Assembly: GCA_039545335.1 (NCBI GenBank)
Contig: BCIN01000001.1
Span: 1,981,129-2,045,128 of the forward strand
Reading direction: 5' to 3'
Origin: Kondoa subrosea
Lineage: Eukaryota
DNA: 64,000 nucleotides
Below, piece by piece: positions 34,728 through 48,304 of this stretch (positions are counted from its first letter, which is position 1; the number at the start of each line of letters is the position of its first letter). Both the position numbers and the translations under genes were made by a program. Under the pieces are notes generated by a model, which saw only the letters and a program-made list of their open reading frames with translations, did not search any database and was not told the DNA's origin.

Positions 34728-36694
34728 TCAAAAGAACTTCTCTCCCTTCAACATGGAAACGAAGATTTGATAAGCTGCAGCTGGTCGGTACTGCTTTCGC
34801 ACATCAGCAAGCGAGCGAAACAATGTCAGATATTCGACTGACAGCTGGGACTTCGTGACCTGCTCCTAGAACTCTGATAAATGTTAGATTGCCTTCGCTT
34901 TTGCCTGAACCAATCTTCGTCCCATTGCCATTTGCATCTGTTTCCGTATTCAGTGCAATTGCGACCTCCGGTGTGTCAGAACTTACAATAAAGATCTTTG
35001 TATGGCTTTTGACCGAAGGCGCTAGCTCCAGACCATCCAGGATCGAGCAAACAGGCTTCTGATCCGTACCAATTGCAGCTGCAGTACCGTTGTCAGCACT
35101 TTCAAAGCTTCAGCTGAGATAAGACATACTTGAAGTCCAATTCACCGGCCCAGATCAGAGTTCGCTGGACAGAATATGAACAATTTGTTCTGCTATCTGG
35201 CCTGAATAACCACTCACGATCGTTCCGTTGTTCAAGATCTCTTGCAATTGGGGTAAAGTAGTTCTTGAGTCATCTCCAGTAGCATAGAATCCGGCATAAG
35301 GAGCATCTCCGCATTCGGTATAGTTGGTCTTTGCACCAATCTTGTTTTGAATCTCTGGCAAGTTCAAGAAGTTGACATAGCGCTCGGAGGGGAAGTCCAC
35401 ATCGGCGGCATCGAGAATATCGTATGAATCGCGATCTTGAATACCAGCCACAAATTGAGTTTCGCTGCAGAAGTTATCAGCAGTTTGGCAGACGGAGTCT
35501 GTTGCGTTTCTGTAAGAGATTGAGAGTGTGCTCAAAAACGGCGAAAGGTCAGGCTCACTCGTAGCATGCAATAGTTTGCTCGACACATCCTGTATACTTA
35601 ATTAGCTTGTTTTGCAGCTGAAAGGCAGACCAAAGCATACCTCCAGGTCGGTAAAGATCATACTGCATCTGATCGTAAATTGTCTTGTTAATGACTTGAT
35701 AAGCATCGTTATTGTAGGAGAAGTTTGAATATTGCTTGTTTTGAATGAGAGGGTCATACCATCCATTGTTGATAGCCAAGACTGAAAGCTTTAAAGGTAT
35801 GGCATCCAATTGACCAGCGGCAATGTAGTCATTTTGCATATTGAAGTAAGTGGCAAATTGCGGTCCATCTACAAGACAGTGTCAATCCGTGCTATGGCTT
35901 GAGCATTCGGTAAAGAAACGAACAATGACCACCTGTGCACTTGCGTCAGTTATGCGACAATTACTGATATAGATCACTTACCATAACTCTCAGTGAACAA
36001 AGCTAATTCTCTAGACTTGTACTTGCTGAAGACTTTGTTGGCAAACATGATTTGGAACAATCTCCAGATCGGAGGTGCTGCAGTGAAGGTCGATGATACG
36101 GTATCATTGCCATAGGAGAACCCAGTTGACACGGGTTGATCCACGTAAATAATGTTGCTTTATGTGATCTTCGTCAGCAGATTGCGATCGCATAGGTCAT
36201 TAAACTGTACCTGTAGTTATTCCAAGAGTATGGATTGATGCTGGTAGAGGTGTTATCCTTATTAACCATACAAGGGCCATGTTCCTAACAGGTGTCGAAA
36301 GCTTGAGTGCGAATCTTTGTGAAGAGATCTAGGATGCCTACCTGGAACAATCCTACCATGCTGCTGCATCCAGGACCACCGTTAAACCATATAGTGAAAG
36401 GTGCATTCTCTGCATCGTTCCTAGCTTCAAAGAACCAGTAGAAGAAGTGTTGGTCGTACTCTGGCTTTACGTCAAACTTGTCAGAACCGGGAAATCGGAC
36501 TGCTCACCTTCATTGACGTATCCAGAGTAAGTCTGAACGCCTGGAGTAGTCTCACAGACACCCGAATTGGACACCATAGAAACAGAGGTGTTACCCGCTA
36601 CATTTGCAGCTGTGAGGTGTTGGATTTGAGGAAGGGCAGGAGCAGCAAGAGCAAGAGTTGCCGAGCAGGCTAGAGCAGCGATTTGTCGGAGCAT
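34728..36694 (-). CDS. Secreted serine carboxypeptidase (peptidase S10)
   Basis: Signal peptide, [39 protein letters not shown], catalytic ESYG|GH|YGP, and GAGHEVPA|Y. Confidence 0.93.
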
Positions 36695-37149
36695 CGTAAA
36701 GAGCCCTCAAAGTTGTGTTGTGTTGTGCTGCGTTATGGGACGAGGAACTCAGACCAACGCTGACGCTCGTATGAGACAGGTTGTTCAGAGAAGAAGAGGG
36801 AGGGAGCAAAGAGGGAAAAGGTGGAGAGCCCCAGAGAGACAGGCCTAAATGCATGATAAGCCGTATCATAGTTATTCTTAGCCCTGTAGCACGCGTTGCA
36901 CTTCCGAATGAAGCGCAGTAGCAGTATGCAAAGTACTGAACGAGCTGCTCCCAGCAGGTTTGTTGGGCGACAACATTACAGAGCAAGAAACTGCATATCT
37001 GAGATAGGTGCAAGCGGGCAATCCATCGTCGTTAGCGAAAACAGAGTGACGATGCAGAAGATTGGCTCTGCATGATTCAAGGACAGCAGTGATAGCATGG
37101 TATTCGCTGTTGAGATTGAAAAGACACTGAGCTTGTCAAACTGCGACCA

Positions 37150-37808
37150 ATGTCGACACTTCCTCCCGTTCATGAGCTCGGTACAGACCCAGCGCTGCTC
37201 TCAAAAGCTCTCTCTATCCTCTTAGAATGTCCGCTAGAGATCCTGGACTATCTTGTGCCTCCAATCTTTCAGCAAGGTCCACCTACTTCAAGTTATAGGT
37301 TTGTGTCAATTTTATGGCTGGTTCTGGCTAGATCTCATCGAAATGATAGAGTCGTACTGGATGAAGCTCTCACACACGTCAGAAGCTGGCCTATGAGCAG
37401 AAAGACTGCATTCATTGCTGGGCATCCTCGGATAGGCGAACGTAAAACAACAGGGATGAGCGATTTGAGTCAGAAAGAGCAACAGGCAGGTGAAAAGGTC
37501 GATGAAGCTACTATGGACAGATTACAAGTACGCGTTCGATCATGTCAAGTAAAAGTATCAAACTGACGAGATCCTTGCAGAAACTCAATACTGAGTACGA
37601 GAAGATCTATCCTGGTTTGAGATATATTACGTTTGTTAACGGTCGACCGAAAGAAGCGATAGCGGACGAAATGGAAGAAAAACTTAAGGGAGATCAAACG
37701 CCTTTAGATCGGTCAAGTCCAGTATACGAGAAAGAGGTCGCCAGAGCAGTAGAAGCGGTCTTTCAGATAGCACATTCGCGGTTGTCCAAGCTAGAGCAAT
37801 CAACATAA
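37150..37808 (+). CDS. OHCU decarboxylase (urate degradation)
   Basis: FIAGHPRIGE, SQKEQ, LNTEYEKIYPGLRYITFVNGR, QIAHSRL. Confidence 0.88.
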
Positions 37809-37833
37809 TATGACAATTTCGCTTTTGACATTC

Positions 37834-39863
37834 TTATCTGCCCGAGTATCGGACTCTTTTGCTGTACAAGGCCGTCGACCATCCGCAAATACCAGCAGCA
37901 AACATCTGTCCAGATTGCGATCAGGCGAGGTATAGCTGTGGATAAGCAACTTACTGTCGCGCCAACGAAGATGATCAGATCTCGGAACCCGAACGCGCTA
38001 ATGATAATGATGAGGTCACCCGTTCTGTGGATTCGAAGAGACAGTGTGTGCCTACCCAAAGTCGCTCTTTGTCGTTGTCGGCTTGTACAAAGCAGAAGTG
38101 ATGATTGGTCCAATAATCGAAGTGATTCCCTGTTACAACATCAGGTATCAAATATTCCGAATGGATTCAATGTGATCTACCTTGATTGACCCGAAAAGCG
38201 AGAAAAGAAAGCTGTTCTATGCTCCGCATTAATTGCTTGCATCCAATCATGCAATATGTGGTACTTACTTCACCTTGATTTGGGCCGCACGCTTGTCGAC
38301 AGGCTGCAGGCCAAGTACTAGAGAATCCTCCTGCTAGAGCACCAAATACCAGTGCAAAGACGAGCACCTAAATGATCAAGCATTCGTTAAGTGGTAGAGA
38401 GCAGACTGCGATGCGTACTGTTACGAGCTGTTTCGCTGCCAGACCGAAGAGCGTCAAAGCGACTAATGAAGCCAAGAGGCAGGAAATAGCATTTATGACC
38501 GAATCTAAGTGATCCAACTGAAATCTCAGCAAAAGAAAGTATGCGAAGACAAAGGGTAAACGCACAAGATCGTTTGTCAGATAGCCAACCCACTCCGAAT
38601 TGCGCTCCCACACAAGAAGCATTGAACAGACTCAATGCGATGTTGCCGTCCAATCGAGTTAAGCCGAGAGATACAGCATAAGTCGGAATATAAAGCGATA
38701 TAGGGATGAAGGATAAGTTTTGTAAGATGATAGTAGCGCTCTGTTATACGCAGTACTCAGCTACATCAACTATGTTTGATAGAGACATACGAAGAGCCAG
38801 AATACAGGGCTTTTACCAAAAGAGAAACTGACTGGCATGAAAGGAGGCCGATTGCCTATTAAAGATGAGGGAGACAGACGAGAAAGAACGCCAATGCTCG
38901 CCTCGTATTGATCTTGGAGGTATCCTAGCTTTGCAGAATACGAGAGCAACACCAACCACTACAATCAGTATAGTAGCCCAAACTCGTAGTGTCCATGCCA
39001 AGCCAATCTTGTCGAGTAGTGTCGAGATAAGCAATGGACAGATAGCTCCTCCTGTATAGGTGTCAGCCAAAAGCTAAACTGCAAAAGCACACAGACCTAT
39101 CCCAGTTCCGCCTGAAGCTCAAAAATCAGACCTTGGCAGCAACACGTTCATTTGAGCTGACCAAAGACCACACCGCCTATCAAGCCTCGTTTTTTGTCTG
39201 TCCACTCGTTCAACCATAGAAGAATTGGCGCGTAAATTATCCCGCCTGCTAGACCAGGAATGACTCCTTGAAGAATGATCAAGTGCCAGACTTGATTTGC
39301 GAATGACGAGATGACAAAAGACAGTGCGAGAATCGCCAAGGCAGCGATCATAGATGATTTGGCATACTCTGGGTAGCGCTTGAAGAGCGGAATCCAGATC
39401 ATTGAGCCCAAATACTGTAGTGCAAGTGAGACAGTGCCTATAACCTAATATAAGTCAAGAGCCATGACATGTAAGAATAGGAAAGATACCTATGCTTGAA
39501 ATTGAGGAAGTTGAAGCGGCATCAAAAGGCGCTGTCTGGGATCATGTCAGAAGAAGGATCTTACGTTAAGACTCCCGCGGCTCACCGACAAATAGTATTC
39601 CTGATAAGTCCCAAACGTAAACGCATAACCCTATCACATTTGTCATGATCGTCCCTCGAGTAGTGGCGGTCATGACCGACCCATATAGCTGCTTCGATTG
39701 CACAAGCTGATATTGCAAATTCCCAAACGCCGCGGCCTGTATCTACGGGCGGCAGATTCGAGGCGAGTTGTTCATCCTGCAAAGGTTTGCTCGACAATGA
39801 AGTAACTGGGGACAGTTCACGAGAAGGCGCCACAGAGCTGAGATCTGCCAATTCGACAGACAT
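37834..39863 (-). CDS. MFS monocarboxylate-transporter-like permease (MCH family)
   Basis: LPPVDTGRGVWEF, SSFANQVWHLIILQGVIPGLAGGIIYAP..WTDKKRGLIGG, GLAWTLR, GWLSD; many TM segments. Confidence 0.88.
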
Positions 39864-39943
39864 CGCTCTTGAGATGCTTGCTATGGAAGAACAGGCGTGA
39901 AAGCCAAGAAAATTGCTTCAGACAAAACAACAGACGGACAACC

Positions 39944-42281
39944 ATGTCGGTCCGCTCTGGATATGGTTTAGCACCAGTCTTGGAGCGAGATGGATCATTT
40001 CAGGGTGCAACCGTAAGGTCAAACGCGTCGGAACGAAGGCAAGGCAGCGGACTCAGTCTGGGCACAGAATCAAGGAAGTCGCGCAAATCTGTCATAAGAG
40101 GAGCAGCAAGTGAGGCAAACAGTTTGGCATCAACTGTCCTATCCACGAGTCGCGGAACAAGGAGAAGCAGCAAGAAATCAAAGAGTACTTCGCTGTTGAA
40201 AGAGGTCATTCGCTGGATGGAGCGCTCTGGACAGCAAGCCTACATTGTCCCCTGTCTTCTACTCTTCATCTATCTTATCAAGCTTTCAGTCGGGCTAGGG
40301 TCTTTCAGTGGCCAAGGGAAACCTCCACTGTATGGCGATATGGAAGCACAGCGGAATTGGCTGTCTGTGACGCTGCACCGGCCTGTTCAAGATTGGTATT
40401 ACTACCGACTCTCGCATTGGGGCTTAGACTATCCTCCTGTGACTGCCTATCATTCTTTAGCAATGGCATGGATCATGAGCCATTTATCTTCATCCAACGG
40501 ACAAGCTGTTGCTGCATTACGAGAGTCAGGCAAAGTTGCAGAAGAAGAGATTGTGAAGGTGTGGATGAGGTATTCGGTTATTATGAGTGAATTATTGCTT
40601 TGGGTACCTGCTATAATTTTGGGTTGGGTCGGTTTTGTGCTTGATGGGAAAGGGCAGGGAGTGAAAAGGAGTGAGAGAACGAAGGTCTGTCGCGTCTATC
40701 ACTCGACTAGACTCTGCTCATCGCTGGGACAGGCTGCAGCCATCTATACCATTCTGTTACAGCCAGCGAACATACTCATTGACAATGGTCACTTTCAGTG
40801 CGTAACTTCAAGCAGGAAGGGAAGGTTTTGCTCATCGCATCCTCTAGAGCAGATACAACACAGTAATGCTCGCTTTCACGCTTTTAGCTTTGGTGTGCTT
40901 CCACCTCAATAGAGACTGCCTAGGGGCAATCTGCTTTGTCTGCTCGTTATGCTTCAAGCAAATGTCTCTATACTATGCTCCAGCTATGTAAGTGGCATCT
41001 TAGTACCTTGACCTGCGCTAAGACCGGTGTGTTTAGATTCGCCTATTTACTTGGCAAATGTATAGCATTGGGCTCAGACGAGGGGTAGCTCTCCTCATCG
41101 AACATCAAAGAAAGTAGAGCTGATCAATCTCTGCAGCCTCAAGCTTTTCTTCAGCCTCGGGCTGACAACGATCGGCGGTTTCCTACTAATCTTCTCGCCC
41201 TTCCTTTCACCGTCAGGAGTTCTTCTGCAGTCTCTTCACCGCATCTTTCCTTTCGCCCGTGGTCTCTTTGAAGACAAAGTGGCTAATTTCTGGTGCGCTT
41301 TGAATGTCATGATCAAGCTGCGCAATATCGCTTCTCTTCCCACACTCACAAAGCTTGCTCTGGTCGCTACTCTGCTAGCTATCACACCTACTATTGCGAT
41401 CGTAATGTACGCCAGCTGTTCTACTCGGTCAACTTTCAGCACGATCAAAGCACCATCAACTTTGGTTCTATTGCCTTATGCACTTCTTTCTTCCTCTTTG
41501 GCCTTCTTTCTCTTCTCCTTCCAAGTACACGAGAAGAGTATTCTGCTGCCTCTGCTGCCGGCAACTCTCTTGATGGCAGCTGAAGAGATCGGAAGTGCCG
41601 GGCAGAATGTAGAGTGGTGCACCCTATTCATCAATGTGGCTATGTATAGGTGCGTTATACCTTCTTTATTCAGCGATTCTGGGTCAGCTAAACTCATGAA
41701 CAGTATGTGGCCATTGTTAAAGAAGGACGGTTTAGGTCTACAATACCTGATCGTTACTTTGCTCTGGAATTACACTCTTGGCATAAAACCTCTTGATTTT
41801 GAGCATTCCTTCATCAAGCTGTTCAGTCTGGTGCGCAATTTCACTTCGCTCCCTCATGTGCAGACTTTACATGCCTGAAATGCTATAGCTTATCTATACA
41901 CTCATTGGTTTCCTACATCTGTTCGAAGCCATCTCAACACCTCCAGCTCATCTTCCAGATCTCTTCCCAGTCTTGAACCTCATTCTCTGCGCAGGCGTGT
42001 TCGGCTTGATCTGGTTATGGTCTGTCAAACGCTTGTTGGAAGAAAGTTGGAACCTCACTGGGTCCTTTTCTTCTTCTTCTTGTTCATCTATTTTTCGGCC
42101 AGCAATACAACAATCGGATTCATTCGATCGGGATTCATCTTCAAGAGCGCCCGTTACTAGACAACATTTGTCGGTTGAAGATCGGCCGAGCGCAAGAAGC
42201 AGGACACCAAGAAGTGTTGGGTCTGCGACTAGTGCACAATCGCATAGTAGACGCAAGAAACGGGACATGGACATGTTATGA
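39944..42281 (+). CDS. ALG6: Dolichyl-P-Glc alpha-1,3-glucosyltransferase
   Basis: PPLYGDMEAQRNW, WGLDYPPVTAYHS, LIDNGHFQ|YN, FKQMSLYYAP, RIFPFARGLFEDKVANFWC, SFQVHEKSILLP. Confidence 0.95.
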
Positions 42282-42339
42282 TGTCGTTATGCATTAGGAA
42301 AATACAAGGGCAAATAATAATAATAATACAAGTTTTAAA

Positions 42340-43437
42340 CATACTTCATTGCTGAGAAGGTGCAAGAGTTGCATCATGCAATAGCTTCACAGCTACATTT
42401 GATTCCTTTCTTCTCGATGAAGCGACTGAAGAAGTCCTGTGATAGCATCAAATTTGAAATCAGACCCTCTCAGCTGCTGAAGGGGAGATCAGAAAGAGGC
42501 TTACGGGCACATCTCTTGCAATCATGGTCTTCAGGGCGTTCTCTGTGAGTAACGTCGGGATGGATCCGCGAGGATTTGACATTGCTAGCAAGAAAAGCAA
42601 TAAGCATAGCGGACAAAGCTCGCCTGTCCAATTTCAGCAACTTACTCATCATTCTCCATTCTTGTACTTTGTTGCCTTTCAATTCGGTCTCGCGCACTTG
42701 TTCCACTGCGCAATACTGTACAAACAGAAGGATCTCAGGCACAAGAACATAACATGATTTGCCTTGCTATTACGTACCAAACCTCGCACGTAGCCTTTCT
42801 GAATTTCGTACGACACAGGCATAGAGACTATCGTGAAGAGCCTACTTCCAGCTATGCTGTTATCTTCTCGGAAAAGCACCAGTACACAAAAATCTCGATT
42901 CGTCTGTCTGCGGTACTCAGCATGTGTCGTTGACGAAAAAGAAAAGGGAGACCTACAGTAGGGAAAGGAAGTTTGTATGAGTTGAGCCATACTTCCGCAA
43001 CGTCCTTTTCTATCACTTTCAGACAATCGGTTTTGGTCAAGCCTTCCAAGTATTCTTTCTCGTTTGGTGTATGATTTAGGTAAAGGTATTCACGAAAGAC
43101 ATCATACGAAGGTTCTGCATGATAGCTGAGGCGAAGATCTGCTCCATAATAGCCATTTCAGAACACAGGTACCCCCAGGAATAAGAATAGACTGAGCCGT
43201 ACGGAAACCATGACCACTTGAAGCGACAGGCTCCTTCTTACTCATACATCTGACAGTACCATTATACAATCTCTTGCTCACTGGTGTCCAAAGCTCTGAA
43301 GCTGGATCATCGCTGCCCTTAAGGAGTTCTTCTGCTTCCAGAAATACACTGGCCATGAAAGATTGATACTCAGGCGTTCCAGCTGCAGGTATAGCATCCA
43401 GGCTGAGTTCGTTAGTAGTCCTTATTTGAGCAGTCAT
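42340..43437 (-). CDS. START-like DUF3074 family protein (3' end approximate)
   Basis: HTPNEKEYL, YKLPFPT|TNRDFCVLV, FTIVSMPV..YVRG, AVEQVRE..EWRM and IARDVP follow the DUF3074 pattern. Confidence 0.7.
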
Positions 43438-43548
43438 TTTCGCTCGAGGTGAAAGTTCAAAACAAGGGAAGAGCGCGTCATAAGAAAACGAGGGTGTCTA
43501 TTTGTACAATGCATGACTATGTAAAAACGATATTCTTGTGATATTACT

Positions 43549-45029
43549 TTATACAGCGCATCCTCCTTGTCGTTCATGATTGAATCCGAGATCTCCATCA
43601 CCAGTCACATCAGGTAATCGAGGTAAATGTTCTGGCGATTCTTCCAACTCTTCAGGAACTGTTTCTTTCTCATCTACCAGTGAACGGAAAGGTCGAGAAG
43701 AGCCCCGTCGAATAGCAGAAGGTGGCCGACCGACAGAGGGGGGATAAGTGTTTTCTTTTAGTTGTCCCATTTCCGTCCCTTGACTGTGACCTGTAGGGGA
43801 AGTCGATTCTTCTGCCGAAGAGGTAGTAAGAGAAAGACGACCACTCAATCTTCGAAGCAATCCAGCAAATCGAGATGGACTGGGTGGTGACATTCCGTCT
43901 TGTTCTGAACTGCCTGTCGCAGAGAACAGGGAAGCGATGGAATCTCTTCTAGCTGGTTTAGCTCCACGTAGTACTAGAGTAGATTTGCGCATCTGTTGTG
44001 ACAAAATATCAGATATGACCTTTTCATGGGATCTCATACTGATTGCAACATACCTCTGAACTACGATAAGAAGGAGGTAAACCACCTAATTTCTGAATTC
44101 TTTCCACTTCCAGATCTTCAGCATCACCAGTTCCAACCATTTCTCGACCTCTTCTGCCAGCCGAAACTCCAGCTTCAGCAGCTCTTCTTCTAGCAGTCTG
44201 TCTAGCTGCTTGTCGAAGTGATTGATCATAAGAAGGTAAAGGACTGGCTTTGGCTGCTGAAAGAGGTATAGGGGAACCGAAGAAGAAGCGAGCGAGAGGT
44301 GATCTGTGGGAATTTGCTGATTCGGGTATAATGTCTGCGGAATCTGATAGTGGCTGCTGTTTTCGTGCGATGATGCAGCGTGTTAGACTGATTGTTGAAC
44401 GGCAAAGAAGATATGTTTCCAGGAGAAGTGCTGCGATAAAGAGTGTGTGGATAAAAGCTGAGGACAACGGATCAGAAGATACTATTAATCAACAGATGAA
44501 GACTAACCTGGACTATCAGTCATTGGACTGGATCCGCCATCACTGGCAATCACCGGCGTTGAAGAAGATCCTCCTAAGGGATGAACCATTTCGCTGCCTC
44601 CAGCACTCGGTGAAGATTCAGCATTAGTTTGAGCCTTATGAACGTTCTTGAGCGCTTCTACGTAGCCGGCAATAGTGAGAGCTGCGAGAAAACATGTCTC
44701 AGAAATACGACAATACATATCAATGATTCGAAGACAGAAAACTCACAAAGCAAAGTCAATACCAACAGTAGCTTGAAGATACTGAATGTCAAAGTAGGCC
44801 GTTTGAGGTTAGCGACGTCAGAGATAGCTTCCATGCGTTGAAGTGAAGAAGCTCGTCCGAAAAGTGGGGGTCGTCGGAACCAGCTTGAAGCTGAGGGTCT
44901 GGCTTCAGGCGCACCGGAAGCAGGATTATCGTTGACATTGATTGCAACCCAATCTTCAGAACTGGTAGAAGGTCTAGGTGAAGTCAAGCTAGAAGCTTGC
45001 TGATTGGGAAGCGGCAGCGCGTTCTTCAT
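43549..45029 (-). CDS. Hypothetical multi-pass membrane protein with PSY/PPSY motifs
   Basis: Hydrophobic helices (IFKLLLVLTLL|FLAALTIAGY; AFIHTLFIAALLLETYLL), LPSYDQ, GTGDAED and LPPSY; multi-exon. Confidence 0.65.
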
Positions 45030-45314
45030 GATTCCGCCTTAGCAGATGATGAGCATATATGAGAGCGACGGGAATAGGGAAGTAATAGATGCTGCGAGAG
45101 CGTGATAGGTGTTCGAGAAGGTCAGAAGTCTTCCAATTGGAACAAAGGAAGTTTCCAAAGCAAGAGCAGACGCCAGCGTCTGATGCAATGCTGAGGGGTA
45201 ATGTAGGGTATAGAGCTTGATGCAGTGCAGTCTTGAGGCTGCTGAAGGATATCTTAGTGCGGTTTCGGTGTTTGTTGACAAGTTGAAGTGAGTGCAATTT
45301 GTCTCGTGTCAACC

Positions 45315-45442
45315 ATGTAGGCTGCAATTACGGCAGGCCTCATGATCCCTCATCATATGTCAACAGTACTGACCTCATCTACAGGGAACGCACAAACTTC
45401 AATGCAAGAGCGCTCAAGTCAGATTTTCTATCATGCTTGGAC
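45315..45442 (+). pseudogene. Degenerate 5' fragment copy of NXT1 (exon 1 - intron 1 - exon 2)
   Basis: ATGTAGGCTGCA..AGTACTGAC..TCTACAG|GGAACGCACAAACTTCAATGCAAGAGCG parallels the NXT1 gene ATGCAGGCCGCA..AGTACTAAG..TCTACAG|GGAACGTACAAATCTCAATGCAAGAGCG. Confidence 0.8.
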
Positions 45443-46121
45443 GCTTCATTGGCCTTGGTGCACACGCCGAGCGAATCGTTCACTCGCTCGTAATGTACAC
45501 GACGCGCTATATAACTCCCTGAGCTGTGTTATCGAGTCAATAAACACAACCCCGGATTACTTCGACATTGCAGGATACTGCAAGGCTTCTTCCAGATGTA
45601 TCCAGCTTAGACTCAGTATATGCGATGATTGCACCTGTCGCCGTCGTTTCAAAGCATCTCAAACACAAGTTCTAGCGCGGGATTGTGTCAGAACGCCATC
45701 CAGTGTGCGCGCATCATGCTGCAGTGCGGCGAGCACAAGCAGGGAACTTTGGGTCGAGAAGCCTTATTTCGACAGCCTCGCTACAAATCCTTGCGAATTA
45801 AGTACCGCGAGGGAAGCACAGTCTGACTCTGACCAACTCGCTATCTCTGCACGGCAATCTTCTCCATGACTAGGGATTCTAATCTACTGCCTGCTTGATC
45901 TATATAACCTTGGAGGTAATAAAGTTTCCGCTGATCAATTTCCCAGTTTTCTATGAATAGATTTGAAAACTTCATCCTCCCGGTGATGGGCAAATAATCC
46001 CCTGCTATATCGCGCTAGCAGAAGGCGATGCAATAATCCCGCTTCTGCCGCACTGCACGCTTCCGTCGTCCCCTTCCCTTCCCTCTTTATTACTTACCTT
46101 CTTTAGGGTTCAGTACTAGTC

Positions 46122-48139
46122 ATGGCTTCTCCCATCAAGGATATCGCAGATGGCACTCGCGGAGCTGCAGATGTTTTCTCTGAGAAGGCAGGCGGTGAGA
46201 AGGGTGAACTCGAGTTCGGCACTGAAAATGGTCCCCGCTATGTCATGAGTCTCACATCACATGAGAAAGAGTTGGAGAAGAAACTCAAGAGGAAAATTGA
46301 TCTAAGATGGACTATCTTGACGCTCATCTATATCCTGAATTGTATGTTGTATCCAATCTCTGGTCACGTTGAGTACCAGCTTATATCGCATGGGTTTTCA
46401 GACATTGACCGGAATGCTATGCCAGCAGCCAGATTGAAAGGCTTCCAGAAGGACACAAAACTGACTGGAGAACAGTACGAAACGGCTATCTCTATTTTCT
46501 TTGTTGGGTACGTATTGCATCGAAGCCAGCAAAACCTATCTGTATTGATGCGTCTCTTAGATATATTATCATGCAGATACCGGCCAACTTCCTGCTCAAT
46601 TATATCAAGAGACCTTCCTTGTTCATCGCTGGAGCAACCTTCTTCTGGGGGTAAGCAGATTGCGCTATTGTAAGCTCACGGAAAAGACGCTAATATAATT
46701 TCATTGTCAGAATCGTGTCTGCTTGTGGTGGACTTGTCACTGGATACTCTAGCGTGTTCGCTGTTCGCTTTCTTCTGGGTGAGTGAAATATCATTCGTCA
46801 TCCGCACTTCGCTCACAGGTCTTGCGATTCAGGTTTTGTCGAGGTCAGTCTGGCGCAATAGCAAATCTTGGCTTGTAACTGATGATCATAAAGGCGCCCT
46901 TCTTCCCAGGCGCTCTGTTTTGTCTCTCAAGATGGTATACGAAATCTGAGCTGGCAAAGCGTCAAGTTTTGATCTATGTCGCCGCCTCCATCTCAAGTGC
47001 ATTGAGCGGTCTACTTGCTGCTGGTATTTTATCTGGTATGGAAGGGGTTCTCGGGCATCGAGGCTGGAGGTAAGTACTCAAACTGCCAGTACTGAGTGCG
47101 TTCGCTCAATTTGACATTTATTAGATGGCTCTTTTGGCTTGAAGGCTCTACGACCTGCTTGGTAGCTATTGCTGCTGCATTCATCCTGCCAGACTGGCCC
47201 TCTACATCGAAATTCTTGACCGAAGAGGAACGAGCCCTTGCGATCAAAAGACTTGCGATCGAAGCAGGATCAAGTGATGAAGAGCAAGTTGGCTTCGTTG
47301 AAGCATGCAAGAAATGCTTCTCGGATTACCGAGTCTGGCTGTTCTGCATGGCTATGTACTGCCACAACACTTCTTTCTCTTTCACTTCATACTTCCCAAC
47401 AATTGTCAAGACTCTCGGCTATGGACCAACACAAACGCTGCTCCTCACTTCTCCGCCCTGGTTCTTCTCTGCTATTCTGATCCTCGTTTTCGCTTGGCTC
47501 TCTGACAAAACTGGCAAGCGGTACATCTGGATTATAATCAGTTTGGTCGCGACATTCCCAGGCTTCATCATCCTCCTTGCTACTAAGACTCTTGGTGCTC
47601 GGTACTTTGCCATGTTCCTTATGTTAGCTTCTCATGCGTGAGTCTGCATACGAGGTCCATTCGAGTAATCACTTGACCACAAATCTCAGCGGCTACATCT
47701 TGATGTTCTCCTGGCTTTCATCCACGGTCCCGCGACCATCGGCGAAGAGGGCAGTTGCATACGCTCTGGTAAACTCTGTTGGTCAATTAGGTCAAGTGAC
47801 AGGAGTGAGCGAACCGGCAGTATATATGCAGCCCGCTCTTGCTGATGTATTCCGGATTTAGGGTTATCTTTTCCCGGAAGAATGGGGACCCGGTTACAAG
47901 CAGTCCTGGGCTATCCTCTTGTCCATGAGTGCTGCAGCATGCTTATTCTACACGCTCATCTTCCTCGATCTCAAACGCGCAAATGCCAAGATGGACAGAA
48001 GGGAGGTCTCTGCCCCTACATTGGACAATCAGTATGTGTTTTCACGACGGTGCAAAGATTTGTAAGCTGACAGAAACTTTCTGCCAGAACCAACAACGAA
48101 TACGAGGAGAACAGATTGGCCTGGCGGTTCGCTCTGTAG
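46122..48139 (+). CDS. MFS transporter, anion:cation symporter / allantoate permease family (Dal5/Tna1-like)
   Basis: LKRKIDLR, DRNAMPAARL, APFFPGALFCLSRWYTKSELAKR, GWR|WLFWLEG, LPDWP..FLTEEER, WLSDKTGKR. Confidence 0.92.
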
Positions 48140-48304
48140 TAAGCAATTGGTTATTATCTGTCAAGGTCTATGTTGCTTTGTATTCGAGCTTGTTCCATCT
48201 CTGCATTGACATGTACATGAAATTCGTGGGCGCAAGGCGATCATGGCTTCGTGGAGTTGATTATACATTATATCGCCTTACAAGCGTTACCTAATGTACA
48301 TCTG

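Noticed and set aside
45985..46055. TPP riboswitch upstream of the MFS transporter (AATAATCCC twice, GCAGAAG/CTTCTGC stem)
   Set aside because: Lacks the CTGAGA and GAACxTGAT..GxTAAT..CAGCG core; at most a promoter motif.
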